Assembly: GCA_965113315.1 (NCBI GenBank)
Contig: OZ220363.1
DNA: 64,000 nucleotides
Reading direction: 5' to 3' (one strand)
DNA from: Podarcis vaucheri
Taxonomy: Eukaryota
In this document: in pieces, positions 52,035 to 64,000 of the stretch
Position numbering within the stretch: the stretch's first letter is position 1
How the letters are laid out: every line of letters starts with the position of its first letter
The notes under the pieces: generated by a model
Database searches by the model: none
Seen by the model: only the letters and a program-made list of their open reading frames with translations
What the model was told of the DNA's origin: nothing
Made by a program: the position numbers and the translations under genes

Positions 52035-52870
52035 TGGGTTCCAGGCACTCTTGGAGGAAACTGATTTTCTAGACCCATTTCAGTCAGCATTTAGGCCAAG
52101 CTTTGGCACAGAAACTACATTATGATCTCTGTCAGGAAAGAAATGTGTTCCAGTCAATTATCAACTTCTCAGTGGCTTTTGATACCATAAACCGTGGTAT
52201 CCTTCTGGAGTGGTTGCTCGAATTAGGGGTGCGTGGTACCGCTTTGTGGTGGTTCTGGTCTTACTTGGATGGTCATTTCCAGAGGGTGAACCAAAGGGTT
52301 TGCGCTTTGGTCGTGCAGAATCTTCAATGTAGAGTTCCTTGGGGTTCAATTTTATCCCCTATGCTGTTTAACATCTACATGAAACCCCTGAGGGGAGATA
52401 CAGAGTTTTGGAGTATGTCATCAGCAATATGCTGGTGACACATAGCTCTACTTCTCCTTTGCATCTGCAGGTGAGGCAGTGGATGTGCTGGACTGATGTC
52501 TTGCCTCAGTTATGGACTGGATGAGAGCCAATAAACCAAAGCTCAATCCAGATAAGACAGAGGCACTGTTAGTGGATGGTCCCTGGATCGGATGAATGGG
52601 AGATTTCTTGCTTTTGATGGGGTTACACTCCCTCTGAAAGAGTGTTCTTGGGTGGTCTCAGTGGCGTGGAGTGTCTTCCATCAGCTTCAGCTTGTGGCCC
52701 AGCTGCACCCCTATCTGGACAGGGATAGCCTAACGTCTGTTGTCTATGCTCTGGTAACCGCTAGGTTAGATTACTGCAACGCATTATACGTAGGGCTGCC
52801 ACTAAAGACTGTTTGGAAACTTCAGCAGGTGCAGAATTCGGCATCCAGGTTGCTCGCCAGAGCAAGACAG
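52035..52870 (+). pseudogene. L2-clade LINE reverse-transcriptase fragment (disrupted)
   Basis: LEETDFLDPFQSAFRPSFGTET, FSVAFDTINRGILL, VPWGSILSPMLFNIYMKPL, YAGDT (degenerate YADD) and RLDYCNALYVGLP, with frameshifts and stops. Confidence 0.88.
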
Positions 52871-53360
52871 CTTGAGCTGCAAAATGACAGCCACTTGAAA
52901 GGGGACTGATTGCAGAAGTTGGGGGAAGAGACCTTCAACACAAATTCAGGATTTTCTCCCAATGCAAACAGCCGCTTCAAATGTATTATTTTCGTCATGA
53001 CTCCAGCAGGGAAATAATGATTTAATCTCTCACTCTCCCCACCCACTGACTGCTGCAATCTTGATCATTATAAGCCCCACACCAGGTAGCTATTATTTGA
53101 ATTATTTAAAATGCATATTAAAATAAAGATGAACATCATGTACAGTTTGGCTCTACATCCTGTGGTCCTTAGTTCACTTGCTAAATAGCAAATTCCATTG
53201 AATTCATGAGAACTTTCTTGTGAGTAAACATACATAGGATCACATTGTACATCTTAAAAAGATGTTTGGGCAACAGTTTGGCATATAAATAACTCTTGTG
53301 TCCATGTAGTTCATTTTAGCAGGAAAAAAACCACCTTGTATATTGAAGCTTTCTGCTAGT

Positions 53361-53624
53361 TAGGGCTGGGCAATGTCTGGTTTTCAACATTGTGATATAT
53401 CACCAGCTAAACATCACAATATACTGATATATCACAATGTCTGAAACAAGGATGGAGCTATGTAGAGGCATTGGCTGGCTTCATGGTTTTTCCCATACTG
53501 TAATTTTTTCATAGCATGCATGCGCACACACACATATTGTGATTCACGATACATTGCCAGGTCAAAAATTATGAAACTGATATCACTATATGGATTGGGC
53601 ATGTTGATATATTGCCCAGTCCTA
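53361..53624. mobile_element. hAT MITE (264 bp), 8-bp TSD
   Basis: TIR tagggctgggcaat/attgcccagtccta; TSD CTGCTAGT at 53353-53360 and 53625-53632. Confidence 0.9.
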
Positions 53625-53880
53625 CTGCTAGTAAACGTTTATTTAAAATGTAGTACTATATTCAAATCCTATTAAAATGGCTCAAAATAACTTTAATAGG
53701 AATTCATGCCTACAGACTGCTTTTCCTGGGAAAATTCAGTGATGTGACACAGTAATTACATATTGTGAAATAATCTAAGACAACATAATGTGTATTGCAA
53801 TCAGAGGAATCAAAGGAAGTGAATATTTGCAACAAAATATCACTGTATGCTTATTCCTAATAGAGCCAGCTTTTCATATA

Positions 53881-54930
53881 CAGTGGTGCCTCGCAAGACG
53901 AAATTAATTCGTTCTGCAAGTCTCTTCGTCTTGCGAGTTTTTCGTCTTGCGATGCACGTTTTCCCATAGGAATGCATTGAAAATCAATTAATGCGTTCCT
54001 AGGGAAACCGCCTTCAGACCAGGTCCGGGGACAGTCTGTCCCCGGACCTCTTCTGAAGGCTGGGGGGGGGACAAGGGCTTTTCTTCCCACCCCCAGCATT
54101 TTAAAAAACCCCGGGACAGCAGAGGACTTCTCCACTGTCTGGGCGATCTTAAAATGCTGGCGGGCGGCATTTTAAAATCGCCCCGGGACAGCGGAGGACT
54201 TCTCCGCTGTCCGGGGCGATTTAAAAGCCCCTGGGAAGGCAGGCAGGGGGGACAAAGACTTTTGCCCCCCGCCAGCCTTCAGAAGAGGTCCTGGACCTCT
54301 TCTGAAGGCGGGCGGGGGGCGAAAGTCTTTGCTCCCCCCCCGCCTGCCTTCAAAAGCCCTCCGGGACAGGCAGGCAGGGGGCAGCAAAGACTTTCGCCCC
54401 CCGCCCGGCTTCAGAAGGTGTTCCCTCCCCGCCGCCCGGCTTCGGAGCATCGTTCCGGGGGCGGGGGCAGGTGTTCCCTCCCCGCCGCCCGGCTTCAGAG
54501 CATCGTTCCGAAGCCGGGCGGCAGGGGCAGGTGTTCCCTCCCCGCCGCCCGGCTTCGGAGCATCGTTCCGAAGCCGGGGGGCGGGGGCAGGTGTTCCCTC
54601 CCTGCCGCCCGGCTTCGGAGCATCGTTCCGAAGCCGGGGGGCGGGGGCAGGTGTTCCCTCCCCGCCGCCCGGCTTCGGAGCATCGTTCCGAAGCCGGGCG
54701 GCGGCGGGGGGAGGCGTTCCCGCCCCACTGCCCGGCTTCGGAGGAGGTCCGAGGACAGTGGGGAAGACGCGCTGCGCTTCCCCGCTGTCCCGGAGATTTC
54801 CCTATGGGCTGTCGTCTTGCGAAGCAAGCCCATAGGGAAATTCGTCTTGCGAAGCGCCTCCAAAACGGAAAACCCTTTCGTCTAGCGGGTTTTCCGTCTT
54901 GCGAGGCGTTCGTCTTGCGATGTACCACTG
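53881..54930. mobile_element. Young Tc1/mariner(Tigger)-like non-autonomous element (1050 bp, TA TSD) with an internal minisatellite
   Basis: TA|cagtggtgcctcgcaagacg ... cgtcttgcgatgtaccactg|TA; repeated subterminal cgtcttgcga; CpG-rich. Confidence 0.92.
54417..54742 (+). repeat. 60-bp GC-rich tandem repeat (about 5 units), each unit carrying a hairpin
   Basis: Lines 54481, 54541, 54601 and 54661 align with period 60; unit cccggcttcgga-gcatcgt-tccgaagccggg. Confidence 0.95.
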
Positions 54931-57624
54931 TATATATATATTCCTGACAATATAAAAAGCCATATTAGAAAAGTAAATTTGGTTGGAAAGAATTGTCTCT
55001 AGTCTAATAACCGCTTATTGACAATTTACAGAAAAGGGTATAGTCCGAAGTTGCTAACGGATACTTTATTTCTCACAGCTATGGATGTGGATGTGTTTGA
55101 TATTTCTAGAAGAAACTCTTTCCCCGCTTCTGACAATCAATATTTTAAACAGCTCAATTTAGTGTTTTTTTATTTCTGAAAGACTTTTTTAAAATCCTTA
55201 ACTGCTCTATCTTAAATAAAATGCACAGCTTTGGTCTGGATGCCATTTAATGTAATTTTTTAAATATAAATCATTATTTTGGGTAAATTTTCAGGTCCTT
55301 TGTGTTTGAATTACAAATCAATAACCTTTGACCAATGTTTCTCTCACTGTGATTGTAAAATAATTATCACAAATTCAAAGAAACGATTTAGACATGCTGG
55401 GAATTGTAAGCGCTGGTGATTCGTATTTGACATTTTTCCTGCAGCACTTCTGTCAAAGAGAGAAGCTACTTTTTAAACTTAACAGATGTTTCCAACTTGG
55501 CAGTGGAAAGTGCAGCATTAAATACTTCTGAGTTGTCTTCTTCCTCCCATTCACCTAAATAGCTTCATGGGCAAAGTCTCCTCAGGGTACATTTTTAAGT
55601 CTGAGACATGTTTTTCTTTGTACCAGAGAATATGGTACAAACCAACCCAGACACCATTGGCCTGTTTGTTAGCATGCCATCAAAGGCATGTTGTCACTAT
55701 AGACATGCAGTTTGGTATATGATAAGGCCAGAAGCAATGCACAGAAATAAAGAAAGGAGCCTGCATGTGCTGTGCACATTTTGACCCTTCTCCTTAGTCT
55801 TTGTATTCTCTGAGATAACAATCTGCTAAGGATATAAAGCAAGATGTTAGAGACTGAAGGCCTGTCCACACTTTTGCTTGTCCCATGCCTAGAAAGCACA
55901 GTACCCAGAGGTTTTTTCCTTGCCCTGAAAAAACAGTTTACTGCTGAATTGGAACACATGGCAATCTGTAGAAAGCCCAATTGCCACTTGTTCCAGTTCA
56001 GTATTAAACCATGGGTTTTCCCAGGGGAAAGTGAGGGGGAAATCGGAAGTGTGGACAAGCTCTAAGCATCAACATTCTAGAATCCACAGTAATTTTTAAA
56101 TTATTTTTTACCCACTGTAATTTACAGTGATTTCTGCAGAAATTGAATACTGACCTTAGAAAATCTTTTCTTTAGTTACAAATAACATTTTTTGCATTCT
56201 TGTTAATTCTTTACTGCCATGTTGGGAAGATTCACTGTTTGATTCCCTTTATCCATACAGAGAGCTATTAATACTAGCCCATCCATGCTGCACTTTAAAT
56301 CGCTCCTTCTGCTCCTCTGTATAGGAATTTGACATTTCTGATGTCCCATACATTAGTTGTACTACTACTACTACGTAAGTTGTGCCACAAATGAACTTTT
56401 GAACTCCCTTTTATGACCACACCAGAGATGGAAGGGGGAAGCATGCAAACCTGGGGCAGGCAAGACTTGTTTCCGTCCATTGACCTGCATAATGCTAAAC
56501 CAAACTTTATCTCATTCCAGACAAAGTGTGATCTGTTAGCAAAGAATCATATGGTTTACCACACATGGTTTGTCTGGGGGAGATAAACTGTGACCAAGGC
56601 TGGTCCAAGACATTTTGACACCTGAGGTCTCATTATCATTTGGTGTAGAAGTTGATTTCGTTTTTAACTGAAAATAATGTTAGAATACAACTAATCAACT
56701 CTGTGTTGATAATTTAAAATGCACAGATTATGGCCCAAATCCCAGGAACTGTGCAACTTGCTTTACATATTCAAGAGAGTTTGTGCTTGTGTTTTTTTAC
56801 CCATTGCATGCCAAACGTATTTTGAAAACGAAGAGGTATTCAGAAGTAGTTTGTAATGTGATATGTGTCTCTGCTGTATGAAGGAAAAAAGTAAGATTCT
56901 CACTTGACATACCTGAAGTACCTATTTAGATCCAAGCCTATATTTTTATACTTAAAAGTTATTCACACAACAATCTTAAAAAGCACCAGAAAGGCACAGT
57001 TCTCACTCAAATCAAAAACAGATTAAAGATGGATTGGGAGTTGTGGAAGGAGGGGCAATGAGTGCAGCTGAGCGGATAGAAGCTGAGATATTGAAAATGT
57101 GCATGTGCTGTGACTTGGAGTGGACACCAACACCTGTTATATCCTCTCTGATTAGTCAGGCTTGCATTGCTAAGACTTCCTTGGATCTGTTGCTCCATCT
57201 TGATGCCCCAATTACAGTTGTAGGTAGAAGTCCTCTTTGCCAAGTTTACTGCAACCTGTTATTTCAGTTTTGTTTTAGTTACCAATTATTTATGCTTCGT
57301 GACCTCAAGGCTAGATTCATGTAATTGTCAGAGATCAGAGACCTCCTACCTGAATGGTAAACTTTCTTCCTTTGAAAGTGGAAGGCTAGCAGTGTTACGA
57401 GCTTCAGATTTCCCCAGGTTAAAAAGAGCCTTCAAATGAGCTGGATCTGTAATAGAATCTTGCTTTGACAAATAAAAACAGGGGCTGCTCTTATTTTTAT
57501 CCTTTAAAAAAATAAAAATGCATTATTTTGTATATTAATAAAACAGGATGCATCAGAAATGCCAAAAGTAAGGATCAATAAAAATCTATAGTCCATACAC
57601 ATTCATTTACTCTTAGTCCCAGCA

Positions 57625-57790
57625 CTCCGCTAGACTGGTAAAGAAAAAGCGATTTATATGTGTTGTATGTGCGATATAACATTGTGTCACCAGATAGCGA
57701 TGTGGAGTCCCATTTTTCTCTACTTGTTTTCCCTGTTTAAATTTACACCGCTTTAAACTGCAATTCTTCTTTGATGTGTCTAGAGCCAGC
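57625..57790 (-). mobile_element. ~160-bp non-autonomous element, copy 2 (inverted relative to 8335-8495)
   Basis: Its reverse complement matches 8335-8495. Confidence 0.75.
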
Positions 57791-58147
57791 CCTGATCATA
57801 ACATTAAAACAGGCAGGCAGATCTTCAGAGCAATTGATACATAATGTGTGTCTTTCATCCTTTAGTTACCTATTGATAAACCCCTCTTGCTTTCCACCCT
57901 GCCTAAGCATAGACCTTAGGGTTACTTGTCAGGAACCAAAGCATGTCAACAAGACCATCTCCAATCTAAAACTCTCTCAAAACATTTTTTTGAGTGAAGT
58001 TTCTGTTCACCAAATTCGATTCACTTGGTGCAAAATGTATTTCCTCTGGATTTTTTCGAGACTTCAGCTCTCTTTGATTAACTATGTGGGTATGCAAATA
58101 TCTGCCCCACCTCTGGACACTGTCACTTAATATACTGTACATAGGAC

Positions 58148-58452
58148 CAGGGGCGGAGGAAGGGGGTGCTGGGGTGGGTCGCCCCAGGTGTCACCACTAA
58201 GGGGGGTGACAAAACGCTGAGCGGCACTCACCGCCGGGCCTGCAGCACGCCCGAGCCATGCATCTCGTCTGGGAATGACACGGTGGCTTGGGCGCCTGCA
58301 GGCTCTGCGCTGCCCCAAACAGTCCACCCGCCTCCTCTCCGTCAGCTGAGCGTCCTGTCCTGGTTCGCCCCGCCCCATAGGCGGCTGGCTCTGCCCCTGG
58401 GTGCAGGGCACGCATGCCACCCCAGGCGCCCAATTGGCTTGCTCTGCCAATG
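58148..58452. mobile_element. hAT-type GC-rich MITE
   Basis: Imperfect TIR caggggcggag/ctctgccaatg; TSD CATAGGAC/CGTAGGAC (7/8). Confidence 0.65.
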
Positions 58453-59064
58453 CGTAGGACTACCCCTGGTGTGCCAGGTCACTGTACTAAGAGCATTCAG
58501 CTAGTTCAAAACACAATGGCCTGCCTCCTGAAGGTGAAGTTCCCAAGCATCAGAACTGGGTTCTTCTAGGATTCTGGCCTGTGCTTAGCAAGACAGGTTT
58601 CAGCATGTAACTTACCTTGGGAACTGCCTCCTCTTCTGTACCCTGTACCCTTCTGTCTTCTGATCTCTTAGATGTAATTTCCTTGGTGCATCAACTGTGC
58701 AACAAATTAGAACAATGACACAGAGAAGCATCCTTGGTTGTTTTGTCCAGTTTTGGAACTCTCTTGTGAGATTCACCACACTTAAATGCCTTCTGCTACC
58801 ATAATGCTCTTTGGGGCAATGATTCAGTGGCTAGAGTTAATTTTTAGCAGCATATTTGAGATTGTCTTTGACTTTTAAAATATTTGTAAAGCTTGCTCAT
58901 AGTTTTCTGCCACTATTGTTTTCATAAAGTCGTATGGTATCTCTTTGGCATTTATATATATCTTTAATACGTAATCGTGTCATAAGTTAGCAATGAGCTG
59001 ATTTGTATTTTTAATACTTGGAGAGTCTGAATATTCCCTGTTCATTTTTATTTGTTTATTTCAG

Positions 59065-59638
59065 GGGCACAGAAGTCATGAGCACTGTCTCAGGTACTCG
59101 AAGTTCAACCATCACTTTTACTGTCCGGCCTGGGACAAGCCAGCCAATCACACTGCAGAGCAGATCCCCAGACTATGATAGTAGGACACCAGGAGCAAGA
59201 CATGCTCCAAGCCCAGTGGTTTCACCAACAGAAATAAGTAAGGACATCATGCCAGCTCCTCTGACTGCTGCTGCTCCAGTTGCATCTCCTTCTCCAACAC
59301 TTTCTGATGTTTTTAGCCTACCCAGCCAGCCTCCTTCGGGGGACCTCTTCGCTTTGAACACAGGGCGCAGCAGGTCTCCTTCTCCCTCAATCTTGCAACA
59401 GCCAATATCAAATAAGCCTTTTACAACTAAGCCTGTCCACCTGTGGACCAAGCCAGATGTGGCAGATTGGTTGGAGAGTTTAAACTTAGGTGAACATAAA
59501 GAGACCTTTATGGATAATGAAATAGATGGCACTCACTTACCAAACCTTCAGAAGGAAGACTTGATAGACCTTGGAGTGACTAGAGTTGGTCACAGAATGA
59601 ACATAGAAAGAGCCTTGAAACAGCTACTGGACAGATAA
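59065..59638 (+). CDS. SHANK2: SHANK2 last coding exon, SAM domain and stop
   Basis: tttatttcAG|GGGCACA, phase 2. Ends ...WTKPDVADWLESLNLGEHKETFMDNEIDGTHLPNLQKEDLIDLGVTRVGHRMNIERALKQLLDR* (Shank SAM domain). Confidence 0.98.
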
Positions 59639-59912
59639 GAATGGCTGCGCTTGCCTCACATACCTTTGTTATAAATAGAGATGGGCTGGTACTGAAACAC
59701 CCCAAATGCCTTGGCTCCCCAAGAGTACCACTAAATTGAAGCATCAGTTGGTTGCTATAGTTTTTGATATGCAAGAGTATAGATTGTAAGTTTGGTGCCC
59801 GGGAGCAGCCCCAAGTAAATGCACGTTATTAAAGGGACTATATATTTCAAAGAGGAAGGAAGAAAGGGGAGAGAATAAGGAAAGGGGGGAAATGCTAATT
59901 TTTAAATATATA

Positions 59913-59935
59913 TGTGTGTGTGTGTGTGTGTGTGT
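59913..59935 (+). repeat. (TG)n microsatellite in the 3'UTR
   Basis: Direct. Confidence 0.9.
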
Positions 59936-62900
59936 AAGCTCTGGTCTTACTGAAAATATTTCTAAAATTATTACAGTATTTTTATTTATGGGGCATGGGA
60001 ATAACATTCATCCTTTGGTATTCATGAATTGTTTTCCTGCCCTTCAGAAATGCCCTTCTGCCTGAACAATACTGTGCCAGTTTATTTTTGGTTTGAAACA
60101 TATTGGTGTTTCTCCTTTCACAATAAAGTATTATGTCCAGCTCTTTTTGCAATTTCTGCTCTCCCCACCCCCAGTCATTCCACATGCCCATTGCACTCAG
60201 TTCCATGGCTCCTCCTATTTTGATTCTCACTTCTGCCAATTAGACACCCATACTAACATTCACATTTTTTCATAGCACATTTACTGGTTTTAATTAACAA
60301 TCAATACATTCGTGGGGTTGTAAAAGCAGAGATTTCAAAAAACAAACAAACAACTTTCTGACATCCTTTTGGCTTGTTTATTACATTCCTTGGTTTATCT
60401 CTAATGAATTTAGTTCTTGTCATCCTTTGTAACTAGTCACATAGCTTTCATTAATTTTTGCCCTCCCACACAGTTAGATTCAGATCTGAATGAGCTGTTC
60501 ATGCAAAGAAAAGTATTTTTATGCACCGATTGCTTTTGCTGTGTCAAAGTGATCACGTGTGGTGAGGGACTCAATTACTGCTATGATCCAAAGTATAAAT
60601 AAAAGAACAATATATATTGTTTCTACAGTTCTGCATGTGAATGCACAAACCTTTGCACAAGCTATGTTCACAACTGTGCATAGGGTAGGATTTTCCATCT
60701 CAAAAGATCATCTTTCTGCTCTTGCTGAATCCACGTGGCACAAAGCCTGTTTTTACATGCAGAAGTGTATCTTTATGTGTTGGCACCAGGAAGAGGAAAA
60801 TCTAAAAGCGATTGCCTGCAGAAACTGAAACTATAAGCAAGATGCATGGTTTTTTTTTCCAGAAACCTGGTGGGCACCTATTATAGATGCAAGGAACAAT
60901 TTTCTATAAATTCAAGTTAGCTTCAGTTCAGAGGCGCCAGGTTGCCCACCAGATTGAGGGGTCCTGGCATGCTTTGTACACATGTGATGTCTTGCGTGGC
61001 ACACACACGTTGTGTCACAGGCAATGCACACTGCGACATCACAACACCCGGAGGAGGCCGAGTGCTGTGGAGGAGCCAGCCACTGATACTGCAGCATGCG
61101 ACCCACTCAACATTGAGAGGGCCCGACCCCATTCCAACAAATATTCAGGGTGCCAAAGACACGTCAGCCACCTAAAGTTGGCACACCGTCAGTTTGACTT
61201 TGGCTTCAGTTTGACTGAAAATCAAAAATCCCAAAGTTCACTTCTGCATTGCTGCATGAACTAGAGCAGCATTGCAGGAGAATACATTTGTTCTCACAAC
61301 TTGGGTTGAGTTTATTTGACACTGAGTTGTAAACCAATGAAATGGCTATGAATTGGTTGGAATGCATATTTAGAATGATAGTCTTTATTGTGGGATATAT
61401 ATTTAGAGATTTCGTAACCTATGGAGATTAGCAGTATTCTCCCACCTTATTCTCTCTCCCACTGTAAGTAATACACATTATGAATTTTGTGGTTCCCGCC
61501 TTCCTGAAGACTTCAGCCTATAACAGAAGGTTAAATCATATGTGGTTACTCAGTCATCAAACTACTTAACTTTCAGAAGGCCTCATATTTTTGGAAGGCA
61601 TCTAAATTCTTTCCTTAATACATCCCAGCCTATCTCTAATTATATTTTCTCACAACGAAGTGTCTAATTAGGTCTAGAACTAGTACATAAAATTTAGCAA
61701 TTTCAATATCTTTCTTTACTGCAAGTTTAAATAGTTGTACAGATAGTTTATAAGCACAATATTTTAAGAATATAAGTGGCTGGTCTACTGGGCAGCCTTT
61801 GTGCCACTTCAATGCTAGAAATTTAAAAAAATAAAATAAAACTTTTGTGGTTTACTACTATTTCTGTGGAATAATTATTAAGTCTTGACCTTTTTAAATC
61901 AACCTCATTTGGATGCATCTGAACCAGCAGAGCTGTGTTATATTTTCTATCTTTGCTAGAACTTCTTCAGAAGATGAGTGTTTCTTCAAACATGGTTACA
62001 ATTAACAATGCAGTGGTTAATTATGAAAACTAATATTCATCTCTCTCCTCTCCCCCCACTTCACTTTCTGCAAAAACTGGTCTTTTGACTTAACATCTGT
62101 TGTTGTATCCTTCACAGGTTCCTATTTGCATTTGAAAGTTCCAAGTAACCTTATAATTAAAATCTAGTTTAAATGCAAAAGTCCTGAAATTTCCATAATT
62201 ATATGGATTATGTAGAGGATGACATTCATATATTCAGTGGCTACAAAAAGCCATCAAATATTTTTTTTTGTGGTGGTGGGGGTGTAAAAAAGGAAATGAT
62301 AATTCAGCCATCATTGTCTTCCATTTGGTGATATTGCAGAATTCAGTAAATAAACCACGAACGCCATGCTCCTTTTTGCTTCTTTGAATGCATTTGGTGT
62401 TACCTCTACAATATGTGCCAGGAAATACAAAAGGACACATGGTAGGAAAAGAAAATAGAGAGAATTATTTCTAAGCTGCTGTTAATCATACCCTTTTACT
62501 GTTGAATATCTTATGATGGTGTACACCGAAGTTACAAGTGATGGTAATCCCTTTCTTAAAAGGGGTCTCTTAGATACGTATCTCTTTCAGGCACTTACAT
62601 AGTAGGTACAATAGAATTAGTAGAAAAGAGATTTAAACATCAAAGAGCTAATGAAATAGTTTATTTTTACATTGTGTCTTATGATTGAAAGAGTAATAGG
62701 GCCTACAAGGAACTGCTTTTATCAATAAAATACACCTTTGCCAAGAGGAAGTAGTCTTTAGTACTGTTTGATGGTTTTATCACAGAAAGCAATAGTAACA
62801 GATACAGTTGCCTCCTAACATTTTTATCAGTTTTGAAAATGTTGGGAGCAGGAAAGGCCCTTCTAATCTCCTGCTACTATGATGGTGCAAAATAAGGTGT

Positions 62901-63487
62901 TAGAGATAATCTTGTTAATGATATTCCAGGTTTTAGGAACAACTTTTGTTTATATACTGTAATTTAAATAAATTGCATTTACATGCCTAGTTTCTGTAAT
63001 ATTTGTGTATACAATACCAAAATCACACAAGATGTAAATTGTGTATAACTGCACAGACTCTATTCCCTGGGTGTCTGGGAACATTTTAAGTTTTAATTCA
63101 TATATTATAAAATGACTATATGTGACTGTTGATTTACAGAATTTACATATCACAAAAGCTAACTATTTGTGGTACCTAAGTTAATAAAAGTGATTTTCTG
63201 ATTCTGAGTTCCTTTACAAACAAGCATTACCCAGTTGATCTGGCAATGACTCTGTGTATGAGCCTCTAATACTGATAATTTTTCCATTACATTTATTTTA
63301 TTTTCTAGATAGTAATGTTTCTCGCTATAGTTTGTGTAACAACTTGTGTTCATGTTATCTTTGTTGCTGTAATTTTTGTGCTTTAATTCCTCTTATTTCA
63401 AATTGATGACAACAAAATCAAGCTCCTGTAACTTGCACTTTCCCTAATCCTTACTACTCTTGTATGGCAACCAAAATTACTGTAAGA

Positions 63488-63493
63488 AATAAA
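63488..63493 (+). terminator. Candidate poly(A) signal AATAAA
   Basis: Upstream TGTA motifs (63427, 63461, 63481) and downstream GU/U-rich tracts (ggttgtggtt at ~63511, T-run at ~63551). Confidence 0.6.
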
Positions 63494-64000
63494 TATAATA
63501 TTGCACTAAGGTTGTGGTTCTGATTACAAACAGTAAGAACATTCTGAATCTTTTGTTTTTGGAAAGAGTTGCCAAAACTTGCTGTTTAATATTTCTTTTT
63601 TTAAAACTGTTCCAGTTACCTTTAATTTAGCTCCCACAAGATATCTGACTACTTATCATTATTGTGGATTCCAAATCCGAATTTCAGATGAGAAATGTGT
63701 GTTGTAGAAATATGAGAGAACACACGTTTATGTAAGGGTGATTTGAGTTCTTGCTTTGATGGATGTTTTTGCAATCTCCCCCCACCCACCCCCGATTGTA
63801 GTGATTTCAGTGTTCTGAGCTTCCCAAAGGACAATTAGTTGTCATTTCAGATGTTAAATCATTATACTTTAGTGAAAGGCCCCCATGTTAAGGCACCTTA
63901 CGACAGAGACGCAAGGGCTGTGACTCAAAGGTTCTCACATTCCTCACTGGGCTGCAAATAAGTAGCACCGCCATTGCACAGAAGGCCCACCTCTCAGCGT

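Larger units (their letters stand above)
59639..63515 (+). other. SHANK2: SHANK2 3'UTR (end approximate)
   Basis: Follows the stop codon; no transposon recognised; several AATAAA, with the best poly(A) context at 63488. Confidence 0.7.

Noticed and set aside
54417-54742. CRISPR-like array of palindromic repeats
   Set aside because: The intervening sequences are near-identical rather than unique spacers, there are no cas genes, and the context is a eukaryotic intron.
54154-54947. Several overlapping 120-243 aa ORFs on both strands
   Set aside because: They arise from a stop-poor, GC-rich 60-bp tandem repeat inside a TA-flanked MITE; the repeated peptides simply mirror the DNA repeat.
59018-59064. 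N-terminal part of the 206-aa ORF
   Set aside because: Intronic polypyrimidine tract; the exon starts at 59065.

Overview
Eukaryotic (vertebrate) genomic DNA, almost certainly from a squamate lizard. The Sauria/Squam-type SINEs, L2 LINEs and MITE families suggest a lacertid, but that is recognition only. The window holds the 3' half of SHANK2 (postsynaptic scaffold, + strand): end of the PDZ domain (4057-4192), a linker exon (7370-7450), 9-nt and 21-nt microexons (7802-7810, 12145-12165), two further exons (34487-34617, 39304-39415), the 2.4-kb proline-rich exon (42151-44566), the SAM-domain last exon (59065-59638) and a ~3.9-kb 3'UTR. All of these splice in frame with GT-AG boundaries. The introns contain many transposon relics (piggyBac, PIF/Harbinger, hAT, Tc1/mariner MITEs, L2, a Penelope-like fragment, SINEs) and one 161-N gap. 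Main discovery candidate: a fossil PIF/Harbinger transposon lies inside the 22-kb intron. Its transposase (- strand) and Myb/SANT exon are broken by stops and frameshifts, yet its last ORF1 exon (28356-29212, 285 codons) is fully open. That exon starts at an AG acceptor whose phase fits the SHANK2 donors and not the element's own donor, suggesting an exapted alternative terminal exon that makes a SHANK2-Harbinger fusion protein. Second candidate: a 4-nt microexon (49427-49430) that would frameshift the last exon and remove the SAM domain. Most ORFs in the supplied track are spurious.
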